51,312 nucleotides of DNA from Nitrospira japonica (GTDB taxonomy: Bacteria; Nitrospirota; Thermodesulfovibrionia; Thermodesulfovibrionales; SM23-35), in contig DYFC01000019.1 of the NCBI GenBank assembly GCA_020725385.1, forward strand, positions 1 to 51,312, read 5' to 3'. The position numbers and the translations under genes are program-made. Of this stretch, positions 45,923-51,312 are shown one piece after another. Positions within the stretch are counted from its first letter, which is position 1; every line of letters begins with the position of its first letter. Under the pieces are notes generated by a model that was given only the letters and a program-made list of their open reading frames with translations, did no database searches and was not told the origin of the DNA.

Positions 45923-47106
45923 ATGCCCGACTTAATAAAAGTTTCAGCTGTTTTTCTCATAATATTAATTTTGCTTAGGAGAAAAATCCATGTTGGAATT
46001 GTTATGCTTATTGCTGCAGTTGCTCTAATTTTTCTTTATAGAATGTCCTGGCCTTCAATAAAATTAACCACATGGAATTTTATTTCTGAACCGGTGTTGA
46101 TAAAGTTAACATTTGCTCTATCTTTTATTAGAATGTTTGAATTAATTTTGAGGGAACAAAATATTCTTTCTGATATGATGGATACAATAAAAAATATTTT
46201 CAGGAATAAAAAAATTGTTACTGTATCAATGCCTTTACTTATAGGGCTTGTACCATCGGTAGGTGGTGCGTATTTTTCAGCTCCAATGGTTGATGAGGCA
46301 ACACGCAATACAAATATCAGCGCTGAAGAAAAAGGTTTTATAAATTACTGGTTCAGACATCCATGGGAATATATTCTTCCATTATATCCTGGAATATTGC
46401 TTGCTTCAGCTATTACTAAAATAGAATTGCATAATCTAATAATCGCAAACCTTATTTATGCTGTTCTGATTGTTATAACAGGTTTTCTTTTCGCCATGCA
46501 TGACTTAAAAGGTTCTACTGTTTCAGAGAAAAAATTATCATTAAAAGGTCTATGGAGCTTTTTTCCCCTCGCTGCTGTTTTATTGCTTGTAGTAATTTTT
46601 CATGTTGAATTGCATTATACCCTACTTGCTGCTGTGATATTTTTATTGCTTTTTTATAGATACAGTCTGCGGAATATTTTCAAAGTAATAAAACATGGTT
46701 TTTCATTGGACATGATCTTGCTTATACTTGGAGTTATGTTTTTTAAGGAGGTGATTGAAAATTCAGGAGCGGTTAAAAATTTAAGCAATTTTTTCCTTCA
46801 AGAAGGAATCCCTGTTTTACCGCTTCTCTTCATCCTTCCATTCATAACCGGAATTCTCACAGGTTTAACTTTAGGATTTGTTGGGAGTACTTTCCCGTTT
46901 GTTTTGAGTATTGCTGGCCCATCGGTTAGCGCTATATCATTTGCATTTTGTGCAGGATTTCTCGGGGTATTGTTATCTCCTGTACATATATGTCTTGTTC
47001 TTACAAGAGAGTATTTCAAAGCTGATATAGGCGGTATATACAAAATGATGGCACCCGGCTGTTTTATAATTTTTGCTGCTTCAATTCTTCAATATTTCAT
47101 CACGCA

Positions 47107-47110
<4 letters not shown>
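45923..47110 (+). CDS. DUF401 family membrane protein
   Basis: PLLIGLVPSVGGAYFSAPMV, INYWFRHPWEYILPLYPG, LLSPVHICLVLT; many hydrophobic helices; start at ATG 45923 preferred (45908 possible). Confidence 0.8.
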
Positions 47111-48552
<1,442 letters not shown>

Positions 48553-48563
48553 ATTAACTCCTT

Positions 48564-48980
48564 TTATATATCAAAAATAACATCTATTTCCCAAACCCCG
48601 TTTTTCTCCTCAATTCGAAGCTTATGATATGTAGCGGCTTTTATCAAAAGCTTTCCCTTATGGCGCACGGGATCAAATTCTTCTCCAAAAACTGAAGCCT
48701 TTAATTTATTTTCTGAGAATTCATTTATAGCTATTTTTTTACCAATAAATCCATATGTATCGAAATGAAAAATTAACTCATTCAACCACGAAACTAATAG
48801 CCCCTCAATAGATTGGTTTTCAACAATAATATCAATTGATTTTATCTCTCTAATTTTATCAAGATCAGTAATCAGGCTATACATTCCGGTGGCTGCATTT
48901 ATAAAAGCCTCTTCAATTGTTCTTCCAAAAGCAGTAATTCCAGCATCGCCCGATATATCAAGGATTTTAAAGGATTGCAT
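48564..48980 (-). CDS. Archease
   Basis: FKILDISGDAG, LVSWLNELIF, IKAATYH, ends IFDI; directly upstream of rtcB; ATG 48980 preferred over TTG 48986. Confidence 0.92.
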   Translation of the reverse strand: MQSFKILDISGDAGITAFGRTIEEAFINAATGMYSLITDLDKIREIKSIDIIVENQSIEGLLVSWLNELIFHFDTYGFIGKKIAINEFSENKLKASVFGEEFDPVRHKGKLLIKAATYHKLRIEEKNGVWEIDVIFDI

Positions 48981-48986
48981 ATTCAA

Positions 48987-49015
48987 AGAATATCATCTGT
49001 TTATATCAGAGTCAA
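48987..49015 (-). promoter_or_regulatory. Putative sigma70 promoter for a leaderless archease-rtcB transcript
   Basis: TTGACT-17-TATTCT with extended TG, 6 nt, then ATG. Confidence 0.6.
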
Positions 49016-49053
49016 CAGATTATTCCAACCCTTAAATGTATTATAGAAAGCTA

Positions 49054-49087
49054 TCAAGCCCGCAAGCTGTATAACTTGCAGGCTTGA
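49054..49087 (-). terminator. Hairpin downstream of the FadL-like gene (terminator or REP-like)
   Basis: Minus strand TCAAGCCTGCAAG-TTATACAG-CTTGCGGGCTTGA, 13-bp stem with one G.U pair; only a weak U-tract. Confidence 0.5.
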
Positions 49088-49171
49088 CCGGAAAATCGGA
49101 GAACAAAAAATTATAATTCTTCGCTTAAAATTGAAGGCAGTATTATGCCATCATTTTTACATCAAAATTCA

Positions 49172-50446
49172 TTAAAACTTCCATGCATAACCAATAGAAA
49201 ATTCCCATTGATTCATTTTTAGCTCGATTGTCTGCTGCCCCGGGGCCTCAAGCTTATTTGGTCCTTTCACACTATTTGAAAATGCATGCATAAGAGCAAA
49301 TTTTATTTCCTGATTATTGCCAATTGCTTTTGTAACACCAACTGAAGCATGCTCTTTTATAATACCCGGGGCAAGGATATTGAAAAGAACTTCACTGTCG
49401 GATATTGGTTGTTCCCCTATTGAATATCCTGCGCGCCATGTCCAGTCTTTACTGCTTTTCCATTGAACTCCGAGTTTGAGAACAGTAATATCATCCCAGC
49501 CAAATCCTGCTCCGTTATCTTTCCCGAGAAGACTTTTTTGTATATTTGGTAGTAGAGGATTATTCACTGATTTCACATCGCTATAATATATCTTCTGGAC
49601 ATCGATAAGAAAAACAAGATCTTTCATTGGTTTTATAGCAACTCCTGCTGTCCATGTTGAAGGAATATCAAAATCTCCTTTTTCTGCGAAAAGCCCTTTG
49701 TATTCATCAAATTCACTCATATAGATTTTTGTCTGATATACCAGACCAACATTTAAATAAGGTAAAACTTCACCCATATAACCTATTTTAGCCCCATATC
49801 CAAAAGAACTATCATGTCCGTTATTGGTCAGATTATCAGGACTACTTGAAAAAGCTGAAAATGCTTGTAAGCCCTTTGCTTCAAATCTTTGATATGCAAA
49901 AATTGGAGAAATTGCAAGAGCATGTTTTGAAGCAATCTTTCTTGCATAAGTTGGAGCTACAAAGAGTTGCATTAAATCAACCCCTGTGGGTGATGAACCA
50001 TAAAAAGTCTTTTTATCATAGTCTGTGTTCATTCCACCGTTGCCGTAAATCGATATTCCAAAGGAATTTTTATCATCATATTGCCAGTTAGCTCCTGCCG
50101 AAGGGACAATAAACCATCTTGAATCACTTTTTACTGTGCCCGGAGTAGGACCAAAAGTGCCCGGAAATCCCGATGGATTCCCTGAAATTTTATATTGTCT
50201 GTTTGGATTGAAAATACTTACTCCCAGATCTATGCGATTGCCTACAAAAGCCATTGTAGCAGGGTTCAGTGATGCATCAAGAGCACCCTGTGGCAATGCC
50301 ACGCCTGCACCTGCCATTCCTTTATTTTCTGTGCTGTAACCATTAGAAAAATATCCGTTGGTTGCATTGGCTGTTCCTGTAAAAATTAATAGAACTAAAA
50401 TTGATAAAATGTTCAATGAAATATGTCTGTTCCTTATATGTTTCAT
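49172..50446 (-). CDS. OMPP1/FadL/TodX family outer-membrane transporter
   Basis: Signal peptide ..ANA|TNGYF, GMAGAGVA, NPA motif, GNGGMNTDY, terminal YAWKF; start at ATG 50446 behind GGAGGG. Confidence 0.85.
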   Translation of the reverse strand: MKHIRNRHISLNILSILVLLIFTGTANATNGYFSNGYSTENKGMAGAGVALPQGALDASLNPATMAFVGNRIDLGVSIFNPNRQYKISGNPSGFPGTFGPTPGTVKSDSRWFIVPSAGANWQYDDKNSFGISIYGNGGMNTDYDKKTFYGSSPTGVDLMQLFVAPTYARKIASKHALAISPIFAYQRFEAKGLQAFSAFSSSPDNLTNNGHDSSFGYGAKIGYMGEVLPYLNVGLVYQTKIYMSEFDEYKGLFAEKGDFDIPSTWTAGVAIKPMKDLVFLIDVQKIYYSDVKSVNNPLLPNIQKSLLGKDNGAGFGWDDITVLKLGVQWKSSKDWTWRAGYSIGEQPISDSEVLFNILAPGIIKEHASVGVTKAIGNNQEIKFALMHAFSNSVKGPNKLEAPGQQTIELKMNQWEFSIGYAWKF

Positions 50447-50541
50447 TAGTCCCTCCATTCTTTAAGTTAATTGTTTTATTAACTAAAATTATAAAAGACA
50501 TGGATACATACTTTATATATCCATGTCTTCACATAAATCTC

Positions 50542-50979
50542 CTAAGTAAACAGACATATTTTGCAATCTTTTGCATACTTTAAAAATTGCTCTGCTGGCT
50601 CGATAACAACACCTTCTATGAAATCATCCTGCTTAAGACCCATCATATCAACTGTCATCTTACAAGCAACGAATTCAACTCCTTCAAGCTGGGCCATTTC
50701 GATGAGATCGGGCAAAGCCGGTATTTGTGCTTTTTCAATTTTACCTTTCATCATCCATGTAGCAATTGCAGACATGCCGGGAATTGCAGCCATCAATCCG
50801 GGTGGATAAAATTTTGCCTTTTCAGTCCATCCTTTTCTTATTACATTTATTCCCATAAATGTATAAAAGACTTTGCACTGCATTCCGAGACGTCTTGCAT
50901 TTATACCCAAAATTAAGCCAGGATATGCTCCATCAAGAGTGTCCCTTGATGTTATGAAAGCAGCAGTTTCCTTTTCCAT
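50542..50979 (-). CDS. DsrE/DsrF-like sulfur relay protein, DsrE2-type
   Basis: TLDGAYPGLIL, FYTFMG, hydrophobic PGLMAAIPGMSAIATWMMK, VACKMTVDMMG; SD AGGAG before ATG 50979. Confidence 0.85.
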   Translation of the reverse strand: MEKETAAFITSRDTLDGAYPGLILGINARRLGMQCKVFYTFMGINVIRKGWTEKAKFYPPGLMAAIPGMSAIATWMMKGKIEKAQIPALPDLIEMAQLEGVEFVACKMTVDMMGLKQDDFIEGVVIEPAEQFLKYAKDCKICLFT

Positions 50980-51076
50980 AGTGACTCTCCTTTCTTTTTT
51001 AAACAAAATTGTTTATTTATTTTAATTATACCAATTCTGAAAACAAAATCAAATATCTTTAAAATCATACAATTTT

Positions 51077-51105
51077 TTGACTTTACATATTTATCCTGAT
51101 ACTAT
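51077..51105 (+). promoter_or_regulatory. Putative sigma70 promoter
   Basis: TTGACT-17-TACTAT with extended TG. Confidence 0.55.
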
Positions 51106-51142
51106 TATTTTTATGATATTTTAATTTAAAAAGGAGAATGAT

Positions 51143-51312
51143 ATGTTAAATAAAGCAATCAATATAGTTTTGTTGTTTTCTTTAATAATCATTCCTGCAA
51201 TAGCGATGGGCTCATACAATTCATTTCAATATCCGTCATTACCTTCATTCAATGAAAATAATTCAAATGGAGTATTTGATGTTTATGTAGAAAAAGTAGG
51301 CGAATGGAAAAA
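51143..51312 (+). CDS. 5' part of a secreted protein running off the window
   Basis: SD AGGAG; open frame MLNKAINIVLLFSLIIIPAIAMGSYNSFQYP.. to the window end; signal-peptide-like start. Confidence 0.65.
   Translation, partial: MLNKAINIVLLFSLIIIPAIAMGSYNSFQYPSLPSFNENNSNGVFDVYVEKVGEWK

Overview
AT-rich chromosomal segment of an anaerobic diderm bacterium. Gene content and order suggest Nitrospirota (Thermodesulfovibrionia-like); this is an inference, not a database result. From left to right: mglA/mglB; four-subunit pyruvate:ferredoxin oxidoreductase (porCDAB); an unusual NuoE/NuoF/NuoG (HydC/B/A-like) Fe-S flavoprotein trio with no visible catalytic centre; yicC-remA-gmk-rpoZ-coaBC-TPR-roadblock-aroQ; truA; an accessory surface locus (TPR/beta-barrel Slam/DUF560-like protein, FecR-domain protein with a beta-rich C-terminus, 1441-aa multi-domain adhesin, HD protein); a small Cys protein-ccsA-hemA-hemC-ADP-ribosylhydrolase operon; an islet behind the 3' end of tRNA-Sec (toxin-antitoxin-like pair, type II R-M pair, type IV pilus fimT-pilV-pilW-pilX-pilY1); Mth938-like gene, pyrE, zapA/zapB, a lytic transglycosylase, a porin, DUF401, archease-rtcB and a DsrE2-like/FadL-like pair. 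Non-coding signals read directly from the sequence include a TTAA-bounded 30-bp palindrome family at gene 3' ends, nested REP-like hairpins, heptamer/octamer repeats (one inside hemC) and several sigma70-type promoters positioned to give leaderless mRNAs. No CRISPR array, rRNA, integrase or transposase was seen. All family assignments come from motif recognition by eye and need HMM or structure confirmation.
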